Shown here: piece by piece, positions 14,748 through 29,530 of the stretch
How the letters are laid out: every line of letters begins with the position of its first letter
How positions within the stretch are numbered: position 1 is the first letter of the stretch
Source: the human T2T-CHM13v2.0 reference genome, Homo sapiens
Reading direction: 5' to 3' (one strand)
Assembly (NCBI RefSeq): GCF_009914755.1
Contig: NC_060926.1
Length of the DNA stretch: 64,000 bases
Notes under the pieces: generated by a model
Told to the model about the DNA's origin: nothing
The model's input: the letters and a program-made list of their open reading frames with translations, nothing else
Database searches by the model: none
Translations under genes and position numbers: made by a program

Positions 14748-15055
14748 GGCTGGATGTGGTGGCTCACACCTGTAATCCCAGCATTTTGGGAGGCCAAGGT
14801 GGGCAGATTGCTTGAGTCTAGGAGTTTGAGACCAGCCTGGGCCTGGGCAACATAACAAAACCCTCTCTCTACAAAAAAATATGAAAAATTAGGCAGGCAT
14901 GGTCGCATCCACCTGTAGTCCCAGCTACTCAGGAGACTGAGGTGAGAGGACTGCTTGAGCCTGGGAGGCCAAGGCTGCAGTGAGCCAAAATCAAGCCACT
15001 GCACTCCAGCCTGGGCAACAGAGTGAGGCCCTGTCTCTAAATAAATAGATAAATT
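14748..15055 (+). mobile_element. AluJ-like
   Basis: gactgcttgagcctgggaggccaaggctgcagtgagc; (TAAA)n-type tail. Confidence 0.92.
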
Positions 15056-16079
15056 ATTGATAGAATCAAAAAGGGATTTGACTAAGGCATCCTCTTGGCC
15101 AGAATGGGCAGACTGGAGCGTAAAACTTCTGCAAGATGATCAGGACACAGCATTGGGTAGAGGCCTGAAGCAAAGGTTCCTGAAGCCGTCCAGCTTTTCT
15201 GAAGTCCAGGTGAACAGCCAGGGACAGAGGACAGTAGCCAGAAGCCATGCCCCACGAATGGCAATTGATAGAGAAAGCAACCAGTGGGGCGAAACCAGGA
15301 GGAAGCCAGCATACTGGAAAGTGATGATTCAGCCTGGACATTGATGCTGGTCATGCAATGGAGGAAAAGAAAGAGTCTCTGCAAAACAGTACCACTGTGC
15401 TTTCTATTGGCTGGGTTCCCCTTCTAAAACCCTCCTGATTCTGTCATTTTCAAAGAGGAAACTAACAACACACCATTCCTGCTTAACTTTAGATGCTGCT
15501 ATTGTTCGTGGCAGGAGATCGCTCTGGTGGTCAGCATTAACGAGATGTAGCCTAGCTGGGGGCTGCTCCATTTGTGCTGTCATATCATGTGATAAAAACT
15601 TCTTTTTCCTAAGATGTTGATGACCCCTGGAAAAGGAAAGTGTTCTCTGATCTATTGGACCAAAACTTTTCTTCTTTCCCGTGGCTTTCACACACAGATG
15701 GAAGTGAGTGGGACAGGGTGGCGGTAATTTGAGGTCATTCCCTGGGATAAGCAACTCTAATTAGAGGCAGGAAATGTTTATTTGAGTTTTATTGGGTGAG
15801 TCAGTTTGGCGCAGCTTTAGGTCACTCTAAACTTGGGGTATCCTGTTTAAGTCAAATAATCATAGTTTTAAGCAACTGGGAACAAATATCAGATATATGT
15901 GAATGAAATTTTTACTTTCTCAACCGGCAGACTATAGAGTGGAGTTTTTACCATTTGGCCAATTGTGATTGAATTAAGGCTTTTCTCCAAAAAAAAGGCA
16001 TCTCCCCTTTTACCAAAAGTGGGATGGACTCTACCCTCTCTGGCTTATAGACAATCATTATAAGAAAGAACCATGTCTA

Positions 16080-16690
16080 CAGGCAATGGAATATTATTTA
16101 ACCTTAAAAAAAGAAAGAAATTTGGAACAATGTGAATGAAACAGGAGGATATTATGCTAAGTGAAATAACCCAGACACAGAAGGATAAATACTACGTGAT
16201 ACTACTCACCTGATGAATCTAAAATAGTCGAACTCATAGAAGCAGAGAGTAGAATAGGTTGGTGGTTTCCAGAGGCTGGTGGAGGGGGAATCGGGGAGGT
16301 GTTCACCAAAAGGCACAAAGTTTCAGTTATGAAGGATGATGATAAGTCCTAGTGATTTGCTGGGCAGCATAGTGCCAATTTCACAATACTGTATTGTATA
16401 CTTAAACATTTGCTAAGACTGCAGATTTTATGTTTTCTCTCTGTCTCTTTCTCGTGCACACACACACACACACACGCACGCGCACACCCAAAATAATAAT
16501 AATAATAATAAAAAGAATGGACAGGAACTTTGGGAGGAGATGGATGTGTTTATGGAATAGATTGTGGTGATGGTTTCATGGGTGTATACTCATCTCCAAG
16601 CTTATCAAGTTGTATACATGAAATATGTACAGCTTTCTGTATGTCAACCAGACCTCAAAAAGTAGTTTTAAAAAAAGAAAATAATAAATA
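16080..16690 (+). mobile_element. L1MA/L1MB-type 3' end with internal (CA)n at 16457-16488
   Basis: attatgctaagtgaaataacccagacacagaag...gaactcatagaagcagagagtaga...A-rich tail. Confidence 0.88.
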
Positions 16691-17533
16691 TACAGCATTG
16701 CATTTAGAAAGAAAAGGAAAAAGAAAAGAACTAATCATGTGAAAACCTATTTTATATATTCCATCTTACAACTGGTGTGGATGGAATTGGCCTTTGCTAT
16801 AGGAGTTTGATTGTGATAACTCTGAATTTGGAGAAAGACCACAAGAAGGTTATTACATACTTGTGTATGGCTTTGAACAATGGGAGTTAGCAGGGGGTGA
16901 AGGCCTAGTAGAATAAGGGCTGAAAACATGTGAAAATGACTTTTTAAACATCATTAAGGTGGTTATTTTTGTTATTATTACATAGGAACATTGACATCAC
17001 TAAAAATAATTATTACTCAGATGAGACTCTTTCATTCTGTATGAATTGACAGGCAAGTCCCCAGTAAGAAAAAAAAATCCTTCTTTCTATTACCCACACT
17101 GACCTTCTAGAAATACAGAGTTGGAAGTTCTGGGACACTGACTAGACAAGGCTCTGCCTGTAGTTCACACATAGTCTGTCTACTTTAGAGCTGGAAAGTC
17201 CCACTCATCATTATTTACTGTTTTCATTTATTCTAATGATGGTTGTACTTTCTTTGTGGCTTAACATTCAGAAATGGGGAAATAAATTTGATTTGGTGAA
17301 GTTCTCCAAAGTGGCTGTATATTTATTGTGTTTCTACCAAGGAAGTGTAGTAGTGAGGAATGAGGATTGCTTGTTTATCTTTTTCAAAGACAATAAAACA
17401 TTTTGGACAATGGAAATGGGGAAGAGAGAATAACTTCAGGCTGCCTTCTTCCAATCCACCTTGAACTCTGCTTCCAGAAGAGTTTTCCTTAAAATCAACT
17501 TGATGCCATTTTACAACTCCAGAAACTTCCAGG

Positions 17534-17841
17534 GGCCGGACGTGGTGTCTTATACCTGCAATCCCAGCACTATAAGAGGCTGAGGCAGGAGGATCACTTG
17601 AGGCCAGGAGTCAGGAGTTCAAAACCAACCCGGGCAACATAGCAAGACTCTTGTCTCTAAAAAAAAAAAAAAAAAAATTAGCTGGACATGGTGGCACATG
17701 CGTGTAGTCTCAACTACTCAGAAGGCTGAAGTGGGAGGGTCATTTGAGCCCAGGAGTTCAAGGCTGCAGTGAGCTATGGTCATGCCACTGCACTATAGCC
17801 TGGGTGACAGAGCAGGACCCTGTCTTGAAAAAAAAAAAAAT
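17534..17841 (+). mobile_element. AluJ-like
   Basis: Dimer with long middle A tract; tttgagcccaggagttcaaggctgcagtgagctatg. Confidence 0.93.
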
Positions 17842-18182
17842 AAGATTTTAGGGTTCTTTACTTCCCACCTATGTTCTCAGAAGCACTTTTCTGTCTCCTT
17901 CCTACCTATGTCCTGGATCTATGCACTGTTTCCTAAATGACAGTTTTTTTACTGAGCTCACACCTACCTTCCTCATTCCCACATGTGATTTTCGTCTCTG
18001 CTTACCTCTGCCCTTCAAGGTTGTGCTTCTAATTTGCCAGGCCTTCTCCTCCTCCCACTCACATTGTTCAAGATTTTACTCAAGTGTAGTCTTTGCCCCA
18101 GTTCAGCTTTATCTGAAACAAATTCCTATAGCAGTGGTCAGTTTCACACACCAGTTGTACTATAGAAAATATAGGAGTTTCT

Positions 18183-18480
18183 GGCCGGGCACGGTCGCTC
18201 ACGCCTGTAATCCCGGCACTTTGGGAGGCCGAAGCAAGCGGATCACGAGGTCAGGAGATCAAAACCATCCTGGCCAACATGGTGAAACCCCATCTCTACT
18301 AAAAATACAAAAATTAGCAAGGTGTGGTGGCGTGTGCCTGTAGTCCCAGCTACCCGGGAGGCTGAGGCAGGAGAATTGCTTGAACCCGAAGGTGGAGACT
18401 GCAGTGAGCTGAGATCATGCCACTGCACTCCAGCCTGAGTGACAGAGCAAGACTCTGTCTCAAAAAAAAAAAAAAAAAAG
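18183..18480 (+). mobile_element. Alu (AluSc-like)
   Basis: TSD agaaaatataggaStttc (18164-18181 / 18479-18496). Confidence 0.95.
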
Positions 18481-19829
18481 AAAATATAGGACTTTCCATA
18501 GGACTGTTTTGTGTAATGATCTTCTCTAAGTGATAAAGCCTGGATGAGCGATGATTATTCTCTAGGGGGTGCTAAGATACAATCCAGATGCATAGACTTC
18601 ACAGTCTGATTGGATACAGGAGAGTTTAGCACATAATTATACAGCATTTTGTGTTGTTTTCCATGATTTCCTGTCTTCAGTTTCTAGCTCTTGAAAAACA
18701 TAAGCCATGGCTTATATCATCTTCTATATCCCCCAGCCACCTACCCAAAATCTGGGCCCCCAGGAAAGACCTGTTGAATTGATAGGTTAGATGATATAGA
18801 CATGGAGGGGAGAAGATGTTTCAGAGTGTGAAGTTAGGACCCACAATTTCCTTATATGGTACATTGGAGAAACTGCTCATGCTGTCACCAGCATATCAAG
18901 TATGGGCTGTTCCAAGCCTGGTCTTTAGTTGGTCATTTATGTGAAATCGATGTAAGAGCTATAAAATCTTTGCACGTATAAACAGCTGACAGGTGATGGA
19001 GAATCTGTGTGTCCAAAGAAACCTAACTGCTGCTAAGGAGAAGCCTCTGGCTATCCGTCACACCTTGAAAGGCAAACAGGGCAGGCCTAGTTTTCTCTTC
19101 AAAGACAGGAAAGATTAACGCTCTGGGAAAATGGAGCCCAATGGGAATTTCAAACACACGATGTGGTTCTTCCAGCCAGTAGGTCATTATGAACTATTCT
19201 TACCCTAAATGGCCATGACACATAATCTCTTTCCTAATTTTATTATTTTACTTGCTATCACAAGACCGTAACTTTTTAGACATTCAGGTGAGATTAAGGG
19301 AGGAGGAGGTGGAATAAGGCTTTTAAAATCTTTGATTACCTCAGAAAACGTATTTGCTTACTTTACCAGGAAGTTGATGTTTTGTTTTGTTTTGTTTTCT
19401 ACCCATGCCAAGAGGGGATTAATGAGTAGCTGCTGGGTTTGCCAGCTTTCTTTTGATTTCATTTACGTAATTAAGCAGTTCTCAGAATGACTTGAGGTTC
19501 TCACCCTGCATCAAAACATGCTTCTCAAATGTGTTAGATTTGGAGGTCAGAAACAATGCAGACTCAGTAGAGTGAGGGGAAATGAAAATTTTACCTTGCT
19601 TTAAAACACCCTTAATGTGTAAAAAAAGAGTTGATCGTGCTTTGGGGTCATGAACATGGAGCTTTGTTGAGTAGAAAACAAGTTAAAACTAAAGTTCAAA
19701 ATGGGCTAAAGTGAGAATAGCTCAAGATGAGGTTTTACAATAGAAATGATGTGGGGAAACCAACTCTGGATTACCTTTGAGTTTCTAGCAATCTGAACCA
19801 TGTCCATGGTGGGTGTTCAAGAACTCAGG

Positions 19830-19940
19830 CATTTGACGCAGACATAATAGGAACCCACTATATGCCTGGCTCAGTTCTAGTTGCTGGACTACAGTAAGGA
19901 ACTAAAGCCACAAAAATTCCTCCTCTCATGGTGCTCCCTG
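19830..19940 (-). mobile_element. L2 3' fragment
   Basis: cactatatgcctggctcagttctag...cctctcatggtgct. Confidence 0.55.
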
Positions 19941-20234
19941 GAGCGAAGGTTGGATGAGCAGATTTTGTTTGAGCACCTCCTCAGGTATGGAGTTTGGAGC
20001 TAGTATTGCTTGGGATTGCTAGGAAGAATAAGTGTGTTCCTCAAGGAGCTGAACATCTCACTGGGAAGTGAAGACAACTATCCAAAGAACAAAAGAACCA
20101 CTCAAGTCCATAACCAAATACTGGGGTGTTGATATAGACAGACCCTCTGAAATGGTGAGAGTGGGCACCCAGCTCCAGGTTCTGCAGACACAGGCTCACG
20201 GCAGCAGGCTGGCTTAACTAGCTAACTTAACTAA

Positions 20235-20559
<325 letters not shown>

Positions 20560-20714
20560 TGCAGATATAAATATTTAGATCACTCTTTGCTTCTTATAGC
20601 CCCCTAACCTTTTTTGTTCTTCTATTCACATGGTGTTTGCTTTTAAAAGAGATTATAACAACTTCTCTTTCAGGTTAGTTCAATTCCCTTAAAAAACAGC
20701 AAGCCAGAGTTACC

Positions 20715-22105
<1,391 letters not shown>

Positions 22106-22169
22106 CTTACGATAATAACTGCTGGAATAGCATCTATAGCAACAGTCATAGCCAATCTTCATTTTGAGA

Positions 22170-22665
22170 CAGGCATTTTAACATATAATTTAACCTTCAT
22201 GAGAATTCTGTAAGGCAGCTTCTATTACTCAATCATCCTGATTTTTTTTTGAGACGGAGTTTCTCTCTGTCACCCAGGCTGGAGTGCAGTGGCGCAATCT
22301 CAGCTCACTGCAACTTCCACCTCCCGAGCTCAAATGATTCTCTTTCATGCCTCAGCCTCCTGAGTAGCTGGGATTACAGGCATGCGCCACCATGCCCAGC
22401 TAATTTTGTATTTTTTGTATAGACAGGGTTTCGCCATGTTGGCCAGGTTGATCTCGATCTCCTGGCCTCAAGTGATCTGCCTACCTCAGTCTCCCAAAGT
22501 TCTGGGATTACAGGCATGAGCCACTACGCCCGGCCCATCCTCATTTTTACAGATCAGAAAACTGAGCACAGAGAGCCAAAGGCATTTGCCTGAGTCATTT
22601 GCAGCCAGTGAGTGATAAAACCGATATGGGAAGGCCTCTTTCTCATCCCACAGCCCCTACTCTTA
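22170..22665 (-). mobile_element. MIR split by an Alu
   Basis: catttttacagatcagaaaactgagcacagagag continues after the Alu. Confidence 0.75.
22242..22535 (-). mobile_element. Alu (AluS-like)
   Basis: Full dimer; TSD catcctSattttt. Confidence 0.94.
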
Positions 22666-22919
22666 AAAACTGTGTCCAGTGTTGGTAGAATAAAAAGCAT
22701 CCAGGGAGGATGATGGGGAGGGGAGATTTTTTCCCCTTCAGAGATTTGGAGTCTCCTAAACACAGTCAAGGAAATACTCCATTGTTGCTAAAGTCCGAGT
22801 CCAGGGCTGGTGACTGTGGAATGGGCACTTCAGTGGCTGTTTCAGGTGGTGTGGTTCAGTGTTCAGTGAATGATCCAGCTGTACTTCCCATGTGAAAGGC
22901 TTATCCTGGTGCTGCAGGG

Positions 22920-23098
22920 CAGAGGCTGTCAGAGTGTTGTCCCTGGCCTGCCAGCATTGCCCGGAAACTTGTTAGAGGATTCAGATTTTCAGACTCCGCC
23001 CCAGATCTTCTGAACCAGATATCTGAGTTGGGGGGCTCAGGAATCCATGTCCTAACAAGCTTCCATGTGATTCTAATGCACAAGTTTAAGAGTCTTTG
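22920..23098. mobile_element. MER5A-like MITE
   Basis: ggaaacttgttaga...ccccagatcttctgaaccaga...gtgattctaatgcac. Confidence 0.8.
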
Positions 23099-23205
23099 TT
23101 CTTGGAAGGAATCCTTGAAATGACAAAAAAGGAGACCAGAATAATGTATAATCCTTATATTGCACAGATGCAAGATACCTAGGCAGAAACCAGATGGAGG
23201 AGAGT

Positions 23206-23335
23206 CAGTGCTTCTCAACCCTGGCCGCACATGGGAATCACCTGAGGAGCTTTCACAATTACTAAGGCCAGGCCCCCACCCTCAGAAATTCTGATTCCAG
23301 TGGTCTGGGGTTGGCGAGAGCATTTAATTTTTGAA
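23206..23335. mobile_element. MER5-family fragment
   Basis: cagtgcttctcaaccctggccgcacatgggaatcacctgaggagc. Confidence 0.75.
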
Positions 23336-23726
23336 ATGAGGATTTGAGTGGAGAATGGATGATTGAATAAACAGTGGGCAAGGCAGCCCATGTACTTCTG
23401 ATTACAAAATTGTACTCTGGGGAGAAAACGAGGTAGGCTTTGAAGGCGAAGGGCAAAGTAAATGGAAGAAAAGCTGGACTTAGGCCCTTTGTGAATACCG
23501 GTAAAGATGGAATAATTCTGGAGACTGGAGTGGGGGTGAAGGTAGTTTGAATTAGTAACAATTCTTAACTATGGACTTTATTTTCAAAGAGATGTCAATA
23601 GTAAGATAGATATGCTTTGTAAATAAAGAAGCTCATTGGTAAATGTTACTGAGACCTAATGGAAAATAATATGCTAACATCCTCCTGGAAGCTTCACTTA
23701 GACTATACCTATGTGTTAAAAATGTG

Positions 23727-24024
<298 letters not shown>

Positions 24025-24640
24025 GAATGTGCTCTGCCTCTCTGGCCTTTTAAACCTCACCATTTACTTCGCTAACCTTCCTCTACAACTGATCTGGTCA
24101 GTTTACTGGCCCCTAAACTTGCTCACTCCGTTCCCATGTCCTGGCATTGGTTCCTGCTGCCCCCGACCTTCTTTTTCTCTCCAGGCCTAGCTGCATCTAA
24201 AATCCTCCATGGCCTCCCAAGTCAGAGAGCTCCTTTTTCTCTGAATCTTTTTAGCACCTGGTGTCTTTCATGCATTCGACTCTTATTTTGTTTTTTTATC
24301 ATTTTGTCCATTTCCCATCTCCACCCCTGGATTGTAAGCTCCCCAGGACAGCAATGGCTTGTAATTATTTGCCCTCACCTAGCAGCTTAGCACCCTAGGA
24401 GCTTAGAATATAATAGTCAAGAAACGGTGCAAAGAGAATGTCAGTCCATCCTCTCCCCACATCATCATGGATTGCAGGTAAGAGGGGGCCACCTACAATA
24501 AGGTGTGACTGTGGTTTGGCCGTTCTGAGGGCTGCCTTGCAGGAGGAAACCATAGGGGATCCTGGAAGGAATATCCTCCAAAGTAAAAAGTGGCCCTCAC
24601 AGTGCATGGGGGTTCACAGTCTTGATTCCACATTGCAATC

Positions 24641-25115
24641 TATTGGTCTCCTGGGACTGCCTCAACAAATTACTGCAAACTTGGTGCCTTAAAACAATAG
24701 AAATGTATTCTCTGGCAGTTCTGGAAGCCAAGAGTCTAGCATCACTGGGCCTACATGAAGGTGCTGGCTAGGCTGTTCTCCCTCCAGAGGTTCCGCTCCT
24801 TGCCTCTTCCAGCTTCTGGGGCTGTCTGCATCCTTTGGCTTGTGACTGTTTCACTCCAATCTCTGCCTCTGTGGCCACTTGGCCTCCTCCTCCCTGACTC
24901 AGGTCTTCCTCTACCTGCCTCTTATAAGGACACTTATGATTGTATTTAAGACCCACGCTGGTAATCCAGGATAACCTCCCTATCTCAGGATCCTTCACTT
25001 AATTACATCTGCAAAATCCGTTTTTTTTTTTTTTTAGCCATATAAGGTAACATTCACACATTCAAGGGTTAGGACCTGGATATCTTCTAGAGGAGGATTG
25101 TTCAACCTACCACAC
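24641..25115 (-). mobile_element. MLT1B/C-type solo LTR (ERVL-MaLR)
   Basis: cttaaaacaatagaaatgtattctc...gcctcttccagcttctgg...aattacatctgcaaa...ataaggtaacattcaca. Confidence 0.88.
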
Positions 25116-25440
25116 ATATAAAGACAACTGGAGCCCCAAAAGGGCAGAGACTTGTCCAAGATCACACTTCCAGATGACAACAAAAATCAAAGATCCAGGT
25201 CTCCTTTCTGTCCATTTAGGCTTCTTCCACTAGACCGAGGTGATGCCCACCGAAGGCGGACAGAGAAAAAGTAAAATTGTGCTTCATACCCTAATCTGTG
25301 TGCTTTATTCGTTTGTCTTCTTTATGGATCAGGTGCTACCAGGATTCACCCACCTTTGAGGCTTCTTCCCCCTTGAGTCTTGGTAACCTTACACTGAGCT
25401 CACACTAAGCTGGCCTGTGTGGGCAGCTGCAATCAAATGA

Positions 25441-25626
<186 letters not shown>

Positions 25627-26499
25627 TAGCCTCTTCTCTCCTCCTCTTTCCTGAAAGTGAAGAAAATAAAGGATGCTTCAGACACTTGAACTGACTTCAG
25701 CTCCTGCCCACTCGTCTCTTAGCAACCTGCTTTAGATTAGTTGTTTGTTCCAATTTGCTTACAGAAGACTTTTTTGGGGGCTGTTTATTCCTGTGAATGT
25801 TAGTATTTGAATGGCCCTGGGAGATTTGACCCACTGTTTGTGCCAGTTTTGATTTAAAGCTCAAGCATGACATTTTAAAGGCTTGGTGCCAGGTGACCTT
25901 GGTGTGACCTTCGTTTTTCTCTCTCTCCTCCACCCTCTTCCTTGAACATCAGGGCATTCTCTTTACGTGTTTCTTCTGTGCCATGAACTTCCTCCCCTTC
26001 CTAGTCTCTTGCCACTTCCTGAGTTTGTTTGGCTTAGTTTTCTCCAGCAGATAGAATCAGGGAAGGAGGAGTTGCTTGAGGGACTGGGGGTTTATGATCT
26101 TGGGTGGGGAACAAGGAATGGGAACTAGACAATATCCAACAGGAAGTTACTTTTTGCAGATCATCCAATCCTTTATTACTGCCCACTCCCCTTCCAAGAA
26201 ACACACGCACGTCCACACACACATGCACGCGCACACTGATTTTCCATGAAGAGAACAAAACTACAAAGGCTCTTCTGTGAGGTCAGGAATTCTGGGAGGA
26301 GTAAATATTTATAATTAGCCACAAGGATACTCAAGTTCCTTAAGGTTTTCTCAATGGCTGTTAATTTCTTCACTTGGTCTTTGCTTCTTCTTTTTTTATT
26401 TTATTTTATTCTATTCTATTCTTTTTTTTTTTAATTGGGTAGAGGAGTAGCTGGCTTCGTTTCACCTAGAACTTGGTGAAACCAAGTATGGACATCATC

Positions 26500-26695
26500 T
26501 TGGTCTAGTGGAAGAAGCCTAAATGGACAGAAAGGAGACCTGGATCTTTGATTTTTGTTGCCAACTGGAAGTGTGGCATTGGACAAGTCTCTGCCCTTTT
26601 GGGGCTTCAGTTGCCTTATATAAAGGTTGGTAGGTTGAACAATCCTCCTCTGAAAGATATCCAGGTCCTAACCCTTGAATGTGTGAACGTTACTG
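26500..26695 (+). mobile_element. MIR fragment followed by MLT1D-like LTR 5' fragment (26627-26692)
   Basis: ggacaagtctc...cttcagttgcctt; ggtaggttgaacaat...aaagatatccaggtcctaacc. Confidence 0.55.
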
Positions 26696-26877
26696 ACCTG
26701 CTCCTGGGAGCAGTGCCCTGGCCAGATGTTCTTCAAGGCATTCTGGTCAACCCCACTCCAGGCTTCCCTTCCTTCTGCCATCTCTTAGCTTCCTTAGTCA
26801 GTGATTTCCTAGAGCCCATATAATAAAGTCCATACTTCCTAGCCTGCCATTCATGGCCCTCTGCCATGGGAATCGAC

Positions 26878-27468
26878 GCATTTGTTTTCTATTGCTGCAT
26901 ATCCAGTGACCACAAACGGAATGGTGTCAAATAGCATCCATCCATTATCTCACAGTTTCCATTGGGTCAGGAGTCCAGGCATGACTTACCTACATGCCCT
27001 GGTCAGTGTATCACGAAGCTGTGATTGAGGAATCAGCCAGGCTGCATTCTGTTCTGAAGTTTGGGCTCATCTTTCAAGCTCATGTGCTTGTGGGTAGAAT
27101 TTTTTTCCTTGCAGCTTTAGTACTTATGTGGCTTGCTCCTTCAAGGCCAGCAGGAGAGCAAGTCTTTTCTGCCGTAAGTCTCTAACTTCAGGGAAGGTCT
27201 GGGCCTTCTTTTCAATGGCCCTAATCAGGCTTACCCAAGATAATGTCCCTTTTGATTAACTCAAAGTCAGATGATTAGGATCCTTAATTATATCTGCAAA
27301 ATCCCTTTGCCATATAATGTCACATAACCCCAGTAGTGATATCACATCAGCTTTGCCATATTCTGTTGGTTAGAGGTAAGTCACAGGCTCCACCTTACTC
27401 AAGGGCAAAAGATTATGGGATTATACCAGAGCATGAGTTGGGGGTCACTTTAGGCTGTGTCTGCTACA
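26878..27468 (-). mobile_element. MLT1E/F-type solo LTR
   Basis: ttttctattgctgcat...tctcacagtttc...gggtcaggagtccaggc...cttttgattaactcaaagtca. Confidence 0.85.
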
Positions 27469-28199
27469 GCTTCATATACCTTTCTCTCCTCACTTCCCAC
27501 ACCCCTTGTTTCGCACCCACAAAGTTTCTTAGCTTTTCTCAAACTCACCTGCCAATTTCCAACTTTGCTGTGCTTCTGCCCTCATTTGCACCTCCTCTGT
27601 CCAGCCCCAAAACCCCATGTAGCACTGCCTGCCTGGCCCCATCAGCCAGAGTGAGTCCCTCCGTCCCTCACACTTTCCTTTGTGAAGAAATCGCAATTTG
27701 AGACTTTCATTGCTGCACCTGCCCCTGTTCACCTTGTGGTAGGATTAGACATCTATATGGATCCTTCACTAAGTTTCAAACTCAAAGGGCCATTTCTTCT
27801 TTTTATTAAACCTTCAATCTTCCTTTATTCTTAATCTACATGCTCTTCTTGATTTGTGCATAATGAATATCAACCATTGACTTCAGTTAATGGTCTGAAT
27901 GGCCTTAATCCCTATCCTCAAAGCAATTTACAAGCTACTTAGAGATGCAGGAGTTGGATACAATGCACGTACTTCAAGGCTGTGCATTGTTAGGTGCCAA
28001 GGACAAGAAGAAAAACGCCATTTCTTGAGATGCCTTCCCCATCTCTAATACAGTGAGTACAATCACCAACATTTTATTGCAGGGATACAGAGACTCAATT
28101 TAAGGAATGTGTCCAAAGCCATACTTGGTAAATGACAGACATAGGAGGTATAACTGACACACCAACTCATGCTGCACACCATGACACTTGGTACCCTGC

Positions 28200-28830
28200 C
28201 TTTTCAAGTCCAACTCTAAACTCCTTCACTAATCATTTTAGGTACTCCAAAACTTGACCTTCCCTTAGACATTTCTGCTTCCCTAAATGAATGCCTTCCT
28301 CTCACCAACCTGTGACCACTTTTGCCCTGTTGGCTTCTATGAGCCATTCTCTTCTCCCCACTTGCCTTCCCATTGTCCTAACCATTCTTATCACAGTGGC
28401 TGGCTCCTTCATCCTCTAAATGCTGGTTTTCCCCAGGGCCTTCCTCCCTCCTCATTCTTATTCTACATACTGGGCAATTTCAACCTTCGCATGGCTTCAG
28501 ACAACTTCTACATGCCAATGACTCTTCACATATGTATATCCAGCATTCCTCTATATCTAGCCCCCCATTATTTCCAGAGCCCCACACAAGATCTCTTCCG
28601 TTAAACCTCTCCCCATCAATGTTGGACCTTCCCAGCCTTCTCCCTTCTTCCCTGGCTAGTTTGCAGTAGTTACTGTCTTCACTAGCTCACTGCCCCTTGG
28701 TTTTCTGCCCTCCAGTCTATCCATCCACCTCCCCTCAATGGCTGCCCACAATTCTTCTAAAACACAGACTGGTTGTTGCATGTTCCCCTTCTTAGCAGCC
28801 TTCAGCCCTTATAAGATAAAGTCCAAACCC
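28200..28830 (+). mobile_element. L2 LINE fragment
   Basis: catcctctaaatgctgg...atgccaatgactct...tataagataaagtccaaacccctt. Confidence 0.65.
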
Positions 28831-29211
28831 CTTTGGGAACCAGACCCCTTCACGCCCTGGCCCCGGGGCTGCTGTGCATAGCTTTGTAGTTTGGGCCCAG
28901 CAGAAGTGAGGGGCACAGGCCGCGGGTTGGGGAAGGCATCCAGCCCCTCTCCACTTGCATGGGGAGCTTCAGCCCTCAGCAAGAGATGCTTTTCTGCCCA
29001 GAGGAGATGGAGTTTTATGCTTCTCACAAAGACACCCTACTGTTAACAGGGCCCCGATGGCCATGATGACCTTTTGGCCCTTATCCCTATTGCCACCCTT
29101 TAGGCACTCCAAATTACTTGCCATTATCCCCCAAATACCATTGCCTCTCACTTCTCTGAGACTTTGCCCCCATTGTCCCTAGGATTCCCTTGCTCCTAAT
29201 CTGTGTCTGCA

Positions 29212-29530
29212 TCAGTGGTTCCCAGTTTGCATCCAAGATCTGACTGCCTCAGGGTCTCTGGTTTAAAAAAATACAGATCCTATAATACTTGGGGAGGGGA
29301 AATAGGTAAGGGGATGGGTGAAAACAGAATGGTCATGAGTAGGTGATTGCTGGAGATGGATGATGGGCACTTGGAGTTCACTATTCTGTCTACTTTTATG
29401 TATGTTTTGCCATAATGATCATAAACACAGATTCCAGAGTAATACTCCTGGAGCTATTGATTCAATAGATCTGATATATGGAGTTCAGGAATTTGTATTT
29501 TAAAAAAAGTGTTCTCTAGGTGATTGGGGG
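29212..29530. mobile_element. MER5-like MITE split by an L1M 3' fragment (about 29285-29420)
   Basis: cagtggttccca...aaaatacagatcc | L1 3' end | aaacacagattcc...caggaatttgtatttt...ctaggtgatt. Confidence 0.6.
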
